DNA of 64,000 nucleotides from Marsupella aquatica (taxonomy: Eukaryota; Plantae; Marchantiophyta): positions 3,782,480-3,846,479 of the forward strand of contig OZ316898.1 of the NCBI GenBank assembly GCA_973895155.1, written 5' to 3'. The notes under the pieces are model-generated. The model saw nothing but the letters and a program-made list of their open reading frames with translations, had not been told where the DNA came from and ran no database searches. Shown here piece by piece: positions 10,819-23,596 of the stretch. The first letter of the stretch is position 1. Every line of letters begins with the position of its first letter. The position numbers and the translations under genes were made by a program.

Positions 10819-10994
10819 ATACAGAGGTTTACACCTCCACTACGTACATACCACTTCATTTGCTTTTTCTTGGCACTTGTGAATGTGATTGGACTTTTTT
10901 TATGCATGTTGGTTGCTAGCAGCTTGCACATATGCCTTGCCGGTGACTTGTATGTTTTCGATACACTATGGCTACGATACTATATGTCACGACA
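10819..10994 (+). repeat. Split direct repeat B2 (element 3' end)
   Basis: Copy of 10283-10458, followed by the TSD TGGG. Confidence 0.95.
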
Positions 10995-11139
10995 TGGGGT
11001 GGATTTCATCTAGCTAGGGCCAAAGGGCAGGGCAAGCAAGGAGGGTGCATTGGGGGCCTCATTTGTCTGATCCAATTCAACAGCTGGGCAGAAATCTTGG
11101 GCTCACCTTCATTTTGTTTCAACTCCTTTGTGGAATGAT

Positions 11140-11320
11140 CTCTTTTACGCAACAACATCTTCTACACAACTACCTCTTAATGCAACAACTTCTTTCACAT
11201 GGATGTTTTTTCCTCTACTAACAACATCTTTTGCACAATGATATCTTTTCCACACAAATATTTTGTGGAACTGCATCTTTTTGTGCACTGACAACTTTTG
11301 CCCAATGACATCTTTTACAT
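11140..11320 (+). repeat. Degenerate ACAACATCTTTT-type tandem repeat, resembling 63280-63620
   Basis: Recurrent caacatctt / gacatcttt / gcatcttt motifs. Confidence 0.45.
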
Positions 11321-13259
11321 GAAGGATATTGAGCTAGTGAACTACAGAAAAGAAAGTTGTCCCATTTGGTATCTAACCATACCCAATAAGCAAACCCGGG
11401 TTGGGTGGGAGACCTCCAATAATTATAAAGTTTTGTGCGCGAACCTTTATTGTCTCTACGGTACACTTCACTGAACTTTCAGCTTTGCTTGACCGTCACG
11501 ACACCAGAATTGGCAAACGTGTGCGCAGGTGGGCCAGGCGCTCCTAGCACGCTCCCAGAGTCCCACTACAGAGAATGCTACCCTAGTATCCTTTTGCCAG
11601 TGGGCTTGATCAAGCGCGTCGCATATTTGAGCCCCATATCACTGCAGCCCGAAGCTTCACTTCCATGACGGCTCTTTGGCCACTTTCCGCTTATATGCTT
11701 GAATCTTCCATATCCAGCCAGGCGATGGCACCAAAGGCGCCGCCTATTCAATATTGTTGAACACAATGTCCAGCATCCAGCTGGTTGTGAAGCGAGAAAG
11801 CCCTCCTCTCACAGGTTTGACAATGTCCTCTTTTTTACGCACATGGCAGTGCACGATTCTCCCAAGTGAGTGCCACATTCGTTAGCTATGTCTCTCCGAC
11901 AGTGGTGAATTGAGTCTATGACTATACCTGGTCCATGTCTCGTGGAAACCGAGCTGTCCCTGCTCAGATCACCGCTACTTGTCCTTCTAGCTACCTGACA
12001 TTTTAGGAGATTGTCGATCCTTTTGATTAGTTTGAGGTACGTACCAATTTCTGTTCAGACCGTTAAAAATTGAATAGTGGCCTCTGACTCTTCCTTGCAA
12101 CTAAATTGTGCAGTCCTTGTTCTTGCAAGCGAGACAAAATTTCGAGATCCGAATCCCAAAAATTCAACTCGGGAAGAGTCCCAGTCATCAGATGAGGGTG
12201 CATGAGGTGCAATAATTAGTCCCTTCCAATATCTTTTGGGACAATGGGAGACGTTGAGAGCAATTTCTTGCCGTTTTGGACTGATTGCACAATCCCGACT
12301 TAGACCCACACACATTTGAAAGCATGCACTTTCTCTTAAGACAGTTGATGGCAAATGTTTCCTGTAGAGTGAGTACTACTAATTGGATGCACAATGCTAT
12401 CTGGGATTTAGCCGAGCTGAATGGTTAAAAATATTCAAGCATATAAGCCGAAGGTGGTGATGCTCTTTGGCCTTACCTCATTTACGGTTCAGGGGAAATT
12501 CGAGCTATCGACTACCGGTAGTCGTATTGTCGGGCACCCGCACAGCTCAACTTAGCATTCCGCAGCTCGTCTGCATTGTGTGCGCTTTGCACGAATCGTC
12601 TCACCAGATTGAATGGGCGTCGGACCAGAACACTCCCTACTACCCTTTAACCCGAATACATCCAGGGTTTAGGGCTACAAAAACCTTCTCGAGTGAAGGT
12701 CCTTGCGACGTGTACACTGCCTGAGGATCGAGCTGCCCTGTCTTTAGTACAGTTCCTTAAAGTCGATGCTTGAGCTTTGTGACATTGGCGTCGAGGTCGA
12801 TGAATCGTTCGCATCAGTTGTTCCTGATGGTAAGTGATGGTAATTTTAAGGCTTGTGGATGCCATGGTCATCGATCAGAGCTTTGAAAACAACCTTTTCA
12901 AAAGCAAATGCTCAATAAGATTGAGGGAAACTGAGCGTCAGGCTCGTGGATTGGACCGACTAGACATTATCTCACCCACTGCACTTTACACTTTTCTTCG
13001 TCCTGAACAACCAGAAAATGGACACCACTCATAAAACGAGAAACTCAAGCTCCCATAATTATATCACAACATTGGAAAAGATGTACCTGCTTTCCTGAAT
13101 GCTCACAATCTGTATTTAACACTCTGGAGGATGATTTTCTTACTAAGGTAGCACCTTGATCAACAAATGCCCTTCATCTCGGCATCAACTTCAATAATGC
13201 CGGTTTCCAAATGGTTTTAAACCACAACTGCCCTTCAAAAGCTACGGGTTACCCATAGT

Positions 13260-13370
13260 TACCATTAAAAGTAGATTTTTCCTGAAATTGTGGAGCAAAC
13301 TGACATGCTAGAGGAGACCAGTGATTGAAATGTGGAAAAAGGGGGAGATCTTGGACACTTCCCCAGGTTT
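13260..13370 (+). repeat. Dispersed repeat fragment with an inverted copy at ~28700-28800
   Basis: TTTTTCCTGAAATTGTGGAG...CTAGAGGAGA...TCTTGGACACTTCCCC matches the reverse complement of 28700-28800. Confidence 0.6.
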
Positions 13371-15232
13371 TATAGGGCAAGTTGTGGAGGCTGAAAAATA
13401 GGCGTTGGAGAGAAAGGTCTCCGAAAATTTACAAATCTGTGTAGTCTGGAAATCAACCTCTGGTACCTGTCTGATCTTCAGGCAACACATGACCAATTCG
13501 AGGGTAGGAGGGTTGCCCACTCCTCTCGTTGGCACGTGCCTCCAGTTTGTCAGTGCTTGATTTCTGCACCAATCTTCTTCAGTTCCAAGGTGAATCCAGC
13601 AGCCAAAACTGTTCTCCCGAGTTTGCATCGATGCAAATAATGTACAGTACTGGCTTTCCACCTCGCTATCTATTCACCGGATTACTCTCATGTTATGTAA
13701 GGCTAGCTGTCACTGGGCATTGTCCCGTAGTCAAACAAAGCCGAATGAGGAGTATGGTCAGGCACTGACTACACAGTATATTGATTTTTGTTCCTGAGAA
13801 CATCGAAGTTCAAGCCACATGCTCCAGTTGAACCAAAGCTTCCTGCTGCTCGTTCTATCCTTGGTTGATTTCGTTCTCGTGCTGCAATCGATCCAAACTT
13901 ACAGCTTATTTACGTGCTACACGTTTTGGTAGCTAAACGTGGCTGGGTCTTGGAAGGAAAGCTGTTCCTGACATCCTTCATTCAATCGTTCATGCATTTT
14001 TTTCAGTTCATTACAAGACATCTGTTTGGCGATTGAAGTCAACGAAATCGTATCGAAGCGTATCAGCAGCAGCCATCATGCTCGCGACTTGCTTGAATCC
14101 TCGACATATAAAGGTGTCACTTGCTTGGGGGAATCTTACCCGGTAGAAAAAGAGTCCGTATTGAACATCACGTTTCACCAAGAACGCAAGAAAATGCACC
14201 CGAAGGATGGTTGGAAATAGTACGCTCCTTTTGACATTCCACCAAATCTATCTCCCCACACTTGCTTTTGGCGGATAAGAGCCGGGATTCACCATAACAT
14301 TTTACAAACACTCGATCGTTTCCGAATTTTCGGTTGTAAATAGAATCTATCTTCTAGTTTTCCTCCAAATCAATCTTACTTGCTTGGCCGATCGAATCTT
14401 GCCACTAGAGAAAGAGATTGGATTGACCTTGTTTGGCCGAACCTTTCCCTCTAGAAAAAGAACTCGGCTTGACCATCACGATTGACAAAGAACAGAGGAC
14501 GGATCGATATCCCAAACTCAGATAGACGGTGACATTTAGTAACGTAATGTCCTCTAGTTAGGGCATAATTGTGCTTTGTTGAGTGTATCGGACAATGTGC
14601 AGTGACATCCTTGTATGCCATGAGTGTATCTGATAATGGAAACCATACTTGCATAAATGCAATTCTCAAGAAAAGTTTTGGGTGCCGGATTATTCATATG
14701 TTATTGGAATTGAAGAAGATTGGAACAGAATTCCGAGCACCGAGGTAATCCTAGCACTGACTTACGTACTGTATTGGAATTGAAGAAGATTGGGAACAGA
14801 AGACCTGCACCTTAGTGGGGAATCGTCGTTGGTCATCTTTGCGAGCTTTATTTTAAAAACTTTCCGAAGTGCACAGATTTGTTATTATGATGAGACCTTT
14901 TGTTTCCGTGTCTATCCGTCAAGTCACCTTTTGAATTGACCTTTTGAATGGTTTGCCATGCTTCGTTATTTTATTGAGAGCTCTAGTTTCTCTCTATTAA
15001 GTACGAAGTATTGTGTAGTAGTTGAGTTACCTTATCTCTCGGGAGTCGATCGGACCCAATCCACTGTAGTCAAGACTCTGTTTGGGCTTGTATATCAGAT
15101 TGCCAAAGGCAGGAGACCCAATAACGGGAAGAAACAAGGGGACAACCACGGAGGACCAAAGAACCAAGAGCCAATTTGACCTTGTGGCCCGGGCATGATT
15201 GCAAGGCTAATATTATGTATTGCGATTCCTTC

Positions 15233-15265
15233 CAGCCTTCAGCCTTCAGCCTTCAGCCTTCAGCC
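15233..15265. repeat. (CAGCCTT)n heptamer repeat
   Basis: About 4.7 exact copies. Confidence 0.9.
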
Positions 15266-15767
15266 ATCTTCGTTCGTCGATCTGCCTTAATACCGACGGG
15301 ATGTATTCCTCCAAAGGTCTGTTGGGGGCGTTGTGTTCCGACCCCCATTCAATTTGGTGAGGCGAGTCGTGCCAGGAGTTGGGAATGTCGACGAGCTAGG
15401 CAATGCGCAGTTGAGCTCCCTGCGCGCCCAACAATATGGCTCGTCGACATCTTCCGCCTGACTTGAGGTGAGGCCAAAGAGCATTGATCAGCACTGTCTT
15501 TCCGCTCAAATGGTTGGATTATTTTCAATTCAGTCTATAGCCCAGGATGGACTTGCTTAACTTCTGGATCTTTGTTCTCATGGTGAGTCTTTTGCAAGAT
15601 CTGATGTGCTGTTGCTGTGTAAACGTTGTCATCGTTTCCCTCTGCCAGGTCCAAACTGTGGCTATCTTAAAATCCAAAAGCTGCTTTAGTGTGAACTCAC
15701 AGAAATTGGTGCCGTACCTATCATAAACTTAATGACCGAAAGAATGAATCGTCTCTCAAAATACCAG

Positions 15768-16520
15768 GCTGCTAGTAGGACAAGTAGTAGCGGTGATCAC
15801 CGGAGACGCAATGGTATCGGAGCAGGGAGAGCTCGGCTGTTCACCAGGCGTGGAGCCCGTGTAGTCATAGCTGACATTCAAGACTCTCTAGGAGAGAAGG
15901 TAGCTAACGAATGCGGCCCCCAGGCACAGTGTGTGCATTGCGATGTGCGAAAAGAAGAGGACATTGGGAAAACCTGGAAGACGGCCTTAATTCTCGCTAG
16001 ACAACAAGTTCGACATAGGTGTTCAACAATGCTGGAACAGGGGGCACATTTTCTACCATCGGTGAGCTGAACATGGAGAAATTCGATACCGTCATGGAAC
16101 TGAATCTTCGTGCTGCGGTAATAGGAGTCAAACTTGCTGTCCGCTTGATGAAGCCCGCTGGCAAGGGTAGCACTCTGTGTACCTGAAGCATTTTGAGCGT
16201 GCTAGGAGGAGTTGGCCCATCTCCTTCCAAGAATTTCGGAATTTGCAGTCGTGGGTCCGGTCAAGCAAGCTGGTGCAGAGCTGAAAGACCACGGAATTAG
16301 AGTCAATGCCTGCTGCGGTTCTAACTCCAAGCATGTGGAAAACAATCCAAGCCACTAGGAAGGAGCTTGGCCTAGAAATCCTGGACAAGATGAAGGAGGC
16401 ATTCTCGAAACGGGTGCTATGATTCTCAACAACCACACCTTAGGCGTAGGGGACATTGCCAACGCTGCTTTCTATCTGGTTTCAGACATGGGAGCGGACA
16501 CAACTTGTTAGTGGATGTGC
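15768..16520 (+). pseudogene. Short-chain dehydrogenase/reductase pseudogene (ABA2/secoisolariciresinol-dehydrogenase-like)
   Basis: VAVITG..NGIG, GARVVIADIQD, HCDV, VFNNAG, FDTVMELNLR and ELKDHGIRVNA are spread over several frames, with stops and a damaged YxxxK region. Confidence 0.8.
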
Positions 16521-19500
16521 GCTTCAAAATTTCAGGATGTCCTGGAGGCCAGCCACACATCAAGGATCTATCAATTGCTCACCAGAGCTCTTGAAGATTG
16601 CGCTACAAAAGTACTCTTGGTGGACAGGCTGCAGATCTTGAAGCTCACTTCTTGTTACAGCTCCAGGCACACGAGTAGGAAATCAATTTGTGTCCCCGCT
16701 TTTTCAATCAGGGCTTCTCCATACTCTCTCCTACTCACAACTTAGGACAAACAAAAGTTTCAATCTCTGACAGATTTCTTGCTTTCTTGCATAGTTTAAG
16801 TCCCTTAGCTGATATAGACAGAGAGTTGCAATTCACCGAGAGGCACTTGCTCTCAGTACCAAATTACATGAGGGACATCTTATGAAATGACTTCATTCTT
16901 TCAGTAAGATGCAATCCTCCGAGTATTCTTTTGTTATTCAAGTGAATGTCAATATTGACAATTAGTCATTCATTCCTCAATGCTACCCCTCAATGGATGC
17001 TTTAGGGTCAAGTAGCATTTGAAAGAAAACTTGAGATGCTTGGACCAATTGTACTTTAGGGATTCATTTATACTTAGTGCTGGGTGACACCTTGCAATAA
17101 CACAACTCACTCCCTATTTGCACTAAATTTTTGCAAATGTTTTCAGCTCTGTATGGCTGACAATGGCACATTGAAAAACTATTGCAAATACAAATATGGA
17201 GAGAACAATTTTTTTCTGTTCACCTTACTTTTTCATGTAAAAGACCTATCCTTAAACTCATAACTTTGTATGCACCAGTGCTTGTTTTGAAAAGCTTGAA
17301 AAACTTTTCACTTGGTCGCCAGTTGCCAAACAAGTTTCCATGCAGATCTTTTGTTTTTGTGCTGCTTTTGTCATGTCGTGCCACTTTTTGTCAAGAAAGA
17401 GTCACCAGTCGTGCCTGGTTTGGTAGGTTTACCAAGAGGTTCAATTGTTGTCCAAAGATACATTAAAGGGACACCAAAGAAGCACAAATACATGGATAGG
17501 TTTTAATTTTTGAAACATTTTTGTCCAATTACATCACCGTGCAAGGATAATTAGCACAAGTACCCAAAAAGAATACGAGATTGATGCAGAGTACAAGAAC
17601 AACATATTTAATCCATGCTTCGAATCTATAATTTCAGCCGCACAGTTGCTTGGTGCAGTGTCCCCACACACTATGGTATTCTGGATTTTGACATTCTGTA
17701 GCAGGTACACAAGTGGAAAACCCATACATCATTCAAATTCAATGTTGAGCCTTTGGCTTGGAAAGTAAGCCAACCTTAGGATGCAACATTAGGTTGTGTT
17801 TTCCTCTCGGGCTGGAGTTTGTTTTCTTGATGATGTGGTTGTTGCAGATCAGGAGGGAGCCACTTTGTGATTGCCACACATGTACCTGGCCATGCAGCAG
17901 CCAAGGCTGCCTGGCTCAAGGAGGAGGCCTATGTTGTTCGTTTTTGCTCTAGAGGTCTTTGGTGCACTGCACCATACCTTTGACCAGTGCATGACCTCTA
18001 GAGCAAAAACCTTCTCAAAAGCGAAGCGCCCTTTCGAAAGCAATTAGTGGTCAGTGTGAATTTTGGGTGTAAACGTTCTCTCAACTAGTGTTACCTCATC
18101 AAGTTTGCCACTAACTTACTAAAACGGACAAACTATATTATATTTCAAACTGCCAAAAACAGGGGACGCCCAACTGGAGACATGATCCCTCAGGTAAAAG
18201 ACCCAATCAAGGGGGGGGGGGGGACCACCAAGGGGCCAAGAAAAACAAGAAAACTAAATAAAATACAAAAACTACAAAAAAAACTGGGGGTGCCATGAGA
18301 GTCAAACTTTCCTCAAGTCAGCTGCATTTAAAGATGAGACCAACCGAAGCTTGCTTAAGTTTTGGCTCTTTAGGTGTGATGTCAGCATGACATTCTTCAA
18401 CCCTCTCTCATTCTTAATTTCTGATTTGGCTCAGCTCTAGAAGTATGTAATAAGGGGGTTGTGAAAGGAGATGTAATACAAATTCTTCCGACTATGAGCC
18501 ATAAGAAGTAAGCTCAAACCGTCCAATTAGCTTGTGGGTCCAGGTCACCATATTAATTAGTAAAAATATTCCTGACAAAGTAAGTGGAACTTGACTCATT
18601 ATTACAAAACCAACTAAGAGATAGGGAGAGCTCAGTCTATGGAGACTCAATATGACCCACTAGGTATTGTATAATGCCAGCAAACAGGATTTTTGTTAGG
18701 GAGGAGAGTTTTGTTAGCAAGACACTAGTTATTCTAAATCTCTTTTGCTTTCCCTGCCTTTTCTATCTTTTTGTGTTTTTCAAAGACTCCATATGGAAGA
18801 GGAGTCCCCAAAATGGATGTTACCAACCAGGTTGTTGGTAGCTAGGCAGTTGGATAAAGAAAAATATGGGTCATGCAAGGAAAGTTTTTGCTCGTGCAAG
18901 GATTTTTTTTACTGTTCCTCGCACCCTACAATGACCCCCCACTACCCACAGGCTTAGAATTCAGTAGAACTTTCTTGTATGTTCCATTGGACGCAATCTC
19001 CACTGCGGTGAGCCACATGTCTCTTGTGTGTTGCACATGTGCATGCTGTCTTTGAGTTGAGGTGGTTTGCTCAAGGTACCCATGCCTTCCATCTACTACT
19101 CCTACTTTTCCTTGCAATTGAGTGACCATCTTTCACATACACAACATTCACACACTTACAGTAAATACAACACTTTTGTTGTGATATCCCTTATTGCAAT
19201 GCATGGGAAGGAGTTTGTAGCGCATCAATAGGGGTTTGGCTCTTCCCATCAAATTGTAGATTGTGTGTGCATGTCTCACCGTAGTTCGAGCAGGTGTGGT
19301 GCGTTGTAATGTAAAGGTTGGGACACCGATGTCCTCACGAAGGATGGAGATCTTCACTGGTGTGTGAGAGTTGACTTCACACCATTCTGTCCAGGTCCAT
19401 GACCCAGAAGCTGGCCTTCGGAGATTGGTGGGAGAGAGTTTCGTTGGACTCCGAATTGCTGTTTTAAACGGTGCTGTCACGAAATTGCTTTCGAGAGACA

Positions 19501-19705
19501 GCTGAAGGGTTTTGCAGTTTCAGGGGTGGGTTTTGGTTGTTTGGATTCTCTTTTTATGAACTGAGAATCGACTAGTCCGGGGAAGAAAGGGGCAGGACTT
19601 CTTTCGAGAATCCTCCCATGCTCTTTTCTTCCTTGGGAACCAAGCGTGTGAGGGAGAGTTTAGCTTTCTCTCAGGGCGGCAGAGAGTGTGTAGGAGGGAG
19701 GAAGG

Positions 19706-21844
19706 ATGGGCGACGAGGATGGCAAGAAGAAGGGGTGGATATGGAGGCTGCCCACTATAGAATCCACTGACTGGGGCAAGCTGGGCCCGGCGTTTGGTTA
19801 TGGCATCGGGTGTGGTGTAGGTGTTGGTGCTGGCCTTGTCGGAGGTTCTCTCTCCCCGTCTCTCACCCCTTTGATATTAGAATGGAATGTCCAGTGAGGG
19901 CACTGTTTTTGCAGTCCATTTGGTCCGCCTTGCTTGCTACCCCTGGGGCACTGTCTGTGCATAATTGGCCCTACATGCCCTACTTGGTAACCGTGGACAT
20001 TGATTTCATTCTCTCTCTGTCGCTCTAAAATTCTGCGGCTTGCCAAACCTAAAGTGGTAGTATTTCGAAGGACGGAGATAGGAGTTCTATCGGAAAACTG
20101 ATGCAGCCAGGGGGGAAACTGAATCTTAGAAACCATTCAATAATTCTTACCTTTCCTCTGTGTTTTCTGTGTCAGACTGTCATTCTCTATGAGGCTGCCT
20201 TCTGCTTTGTTTGTATGCCCTTTTGGAATCCTCTGTACTTTCGTGGTCCCATAGCTTGATTCGGTTTCAAACGCCATCCATTGACCCAATCTCTCGTCTT
20301 TGTAAATATCTTGTGTCATGGCTGGTCTCTCCTGTGGGTTTTAAATGTCATAGGTTCAGTTTGTCCTTGGGGTAGAACGCAATTGTATGCGTGAGAATTT
20401 GACTTCCAATGACTACCAATACATCCTCGTAATCTCTCCGGGCATTATCATACAAAGATCTTATGCCCCGGTTGGATTTTCATGATCACATGAATTTTTG
20501 AGCCTCATCTTGGTGATTCCTTCCATATTCTGTCTCTCCCTGGCTTCGTTTCGTGTGTTTAACCATGTCTATGGTGTTGTGGTGGGAGTTTGTTGGATCA
20601 CAAAGCTGTAAGCAAAGATGGTCAGGTGTCCGACCTAAGAAAATTAGAGATTGTAGTAAGAATGATGGAAGCCACGCTGAACGTTTTGGGATGCAGGTGC
20701 TGGGCTGGGTGTGGGATTTCCAGGGTTGCAGTTCGGTGCTGGATTTGGTGCGGGCTGTGGAGTAGGTGTTGGTTTTGGCTATGGTCTGGGAAAGGGGCGA
20801 GCCTCCGATCAGAATCGCCGATATAGCAACATTAGAAGGCCATCACCAGAAAAAAAAAACAATGGGTATGTCTCATTGAAGCTGTTGAGACGGAAAAGCC
20901 GGAATTTTTCTTGATACCAGAGTTCTCACCATGTTTAATCGAAGCTTCGTAGACTTCAAATGTGCTCGGAAAACCGCAATATGGCTTTCAATTCTATTTT
21001 CGAAGAATAATAGCGAATTCGCACCTCGCACAAACTCCTAAGCCTTATATGTCGGTTTCAAGTCTCTCGATATTTAGGGGAGTGGCAAGGATGTGCAGGA
21101 TGGACAGAGTCGTACTGGCTGTTTAGCAAAGTACAGATTTTTTTAATGCTGAAAGGGGGCTGTCTCTCGGGATACGGTTGTCAAATTCTTCCGTATGTCC
21201 ATAGGTTCTAACATTCTGTCGTCCTTTCTTTGATGTAACATCTCTTATTGGATCCGTCAGGGCTACTATTGGAATTAATTACTGAGTCCATTCCTCGCTC
21301 TTGTCCACATGGTTGCTTTGTAACAAGGAGGGTTTTCTTTAGTACAGGGTTGGGTATCGTCGCCGAAGAAGTTCTGACGCTCGTTATCCTCCCCACTTTG
21401 TACGTTGCATCCTTAATCAGATAGCCTAGAGTTTGGTGGGATTTTCAACTGAATCCATTTCCAACCTCGCTTGCAATCCTCTTGGGTGCCTTGCCGTTAG
21501 TTATCTTAACCTATCATTGTTCTTCAGCTCCAACAACGGGGCATGTCATTGGTGACGGTAGCCTGAGATAAAGGATGCTAATCAGGAGTTGACGAAAACG
21601 TTCTACTCTACCTTCAGAATCGTCTATCTCACACATTATTTATTGGTGTTGGATGGTGGCGAGTAGGAATTAATGTTTGTCATCAACTTGCGTTGCCATT
21701 GTCAGATGTGTAAAATTTATTTCCATGAAACTTCTGTGCAGGGAAATTGTTGGTGAGATTGGAGGCATAATCAATGATGTTGCCGGAGGGATAAAAAGAG
21801 CTTTTGAAGCTTTGGAACGGGAAGCTGAGAGGAGGCGAAGATGA
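19706..21844 (+). CDS. Conserved plant glycine-rich protein (At4g10330-like), 136 aa, 3 exons
   Basis: Exons 19706-19844, 20697-20865 and 21742-21844 have GT-AG boundaries and join in frame: WRLP...GKLGPAFGYGIGCGVG...GAGCGVGVGFGYGLGKG...YSNI...EAERRRR*. Confidence 0.8.
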
Positions 21845-23096
21845 GAAAGCTAGATTTTCAATTTTTGATTCTGTAGTTTGGCTCAGATTTTCATATCTTT
21901 ACGAGACAGCTATTGTGTGACAGTGTTTGTACTCCCTCACGTGTAATTATGCTACTCCGTGGCTCTATTATCCATATTTGTGCAGTTAGACAGAAACTTC
22001 TCGGAGAACACTTTGATGGAGTCATCGTCGGAGACTCTTCATCTGTGAGAAAATGGAAAAAATTGGGGATATTCTTCGCGGTCGTCATTCGGCTCTGAAA
22101 TTAGATGAATTCGTTGGCCTTCTCTATGGTACTTGTTTGAATGGAGTACTTTGTAAGGAGCCATATTCGTAGTGGTTAATTGAAGGGCAGAAATTACATG
22201 AATTTATCGTGTGCAACGTCGAAGTATTTCTCTGCGCTTTGCCATCAAATTGGAATTGCCAGCTCAAGTAACTAGAGCTTCGGGAGACTAACAACTACTT
22301 CGCAGATTGAATGGAAAAAAACAGCCCTGGCGTACATATCAAACTTTTTGACGATGTAAGGAAGGATATTCACAACTGTCAAGGCGGCACTCAAGAAGGT
22401 TCAGCAAGTGAAAAGACATTGCAGCATATTGTTGACACGGTGTGAGTTCGTTCGATTGTTGTAGTCGTGCATTTAATGAATATAAGCGTTAAAATGAGCA
22501 AGATTTGCCCTAGACCCAGCAGCTGGTCTATCATTTGTCCACTCCTGGAGAAGCATAAGCTTGCTTAGGGATAGGTGACAATTCGATAACGGTAAGTACA
22601 GTGAAGTATTGCTTCACGGCTGCTTAGATCTATACTAGTCACTTTTATTTATTGTACATGAGTGAGAAGGACTGAACTAGATGAATTGGTTGTCTGTGAA
22701 TTCGATCCATCTGCTGGAGTGCACTATTAGACTTCTAACGAAAATGCAACAGAATACTAATTTTGAGGAATGATTTTCCTGAACTGACCGTGTGACTGAT
22801 CATCTGTGTCGTCTGTGTCTCAGACCTTTGAAGGTCTTCTTAACCTTGCTTGACATTTTCTGAATTGCCACTTTGAGCTATTTCATCCAAGAAGGCCTAG
22901 TATATTTCTCCCACCTTGTGAAGCCTGTTTTTTCTTCCTATTTTGTAGTGTGTACGAGTTATCGTGAAGAATCGCAGGTCTTGTCCTCTCGTCCTTCTAG
23001 TGCTCGAGTTTACAAGTAGTGAAGCATGAGCAGCCACCGTTCACAAGCAGTCAACAAGTCTTCCTTCAATCAATACAACCGAAAACTTCATCTGGT

Positions 23097-23596
23097 TCAA
23101 TCGTTGTCAAGTTTGCCAGTGATGTGATCCTGAGAGCTGACCTTGGTCGCATCCTGTAGAAGGAACGACAGACAAATGCCGTTGGTGTCAAGAACATGAT
23201 TTCTCAGATGACATTTCTATGGCTCTGAGTAGCACAGCTCCAAGTCTTGGTAGCTACAGAATGGAATAAAAAACATACTTAGAATAGAAATGGAGTCAAA
23301 TTGCTTTCATAACATTAGTAGTAGTAACAATATTTGTAAGATGAGTTGCTGACCATAAGTCTTCTGGACTTGCTCTGGGAGTCCGACACTACAATTCGAG
23401 GCTTCTGTCCGAGGTGCGGGTCTCTACCCGCTCCATGATTGTAGTATACTTGCTTAGCAAAGTAGGCAGAGCCTTGATTGGACACTCTTGGAATAGCCAT
23501 AAAGACGATTGTGAGGAGAACAAATGAGATCAACAGAAACAGACTGTGTCTTCTGTAGATCCCACTAGGTAGTTGCCTGGGTTTGTCCATCATCAA
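23097..23596 (-). CDS. Putative small secreted or membrane-anchored protein (~99 aa, 2 exons)
   Basis: Hydrophobic stretch LFLLISFVLLTIVFMAI. Proposed exons 23596-23354 and 23153-23097 (GT..AG, phase 0) give ...SKSRRLM/DATKVSSQDHITGKLDND*. No family recognised. Confidence 0.4.

Larger units (their letters stand above)
895..10994 (+). mobile_element. Ty3/Gypsy-like retrotransposon with split direct repeats, carrying a C5 DNA methyltransferase and a PHD finger (decayed copy)
   Basis: Termini are TGTCATG (895) and CACGACA (10994), flanked by a 4-bp direct repeat TGGG (891-894, 10995-10998). Domain order is gag-PR-MTase-RT-RH-IN-PHD. Repeats are arranged A1 ... B1-A2-B2. Confidence 0.93.

Noticed and set aside
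895-10994. Ordinary two-LTR Gypsy element or DIRS/Ngaro element
   Set aside because: The 5' end lacks B, B is duplicated ahead of A2, and there is no PBS, so it is not a standard LTR pair. A DDE integrase, a protease and a TSD are present and no tyrosine recombinase motif was seen, so it is not DIRS/Ngaro.
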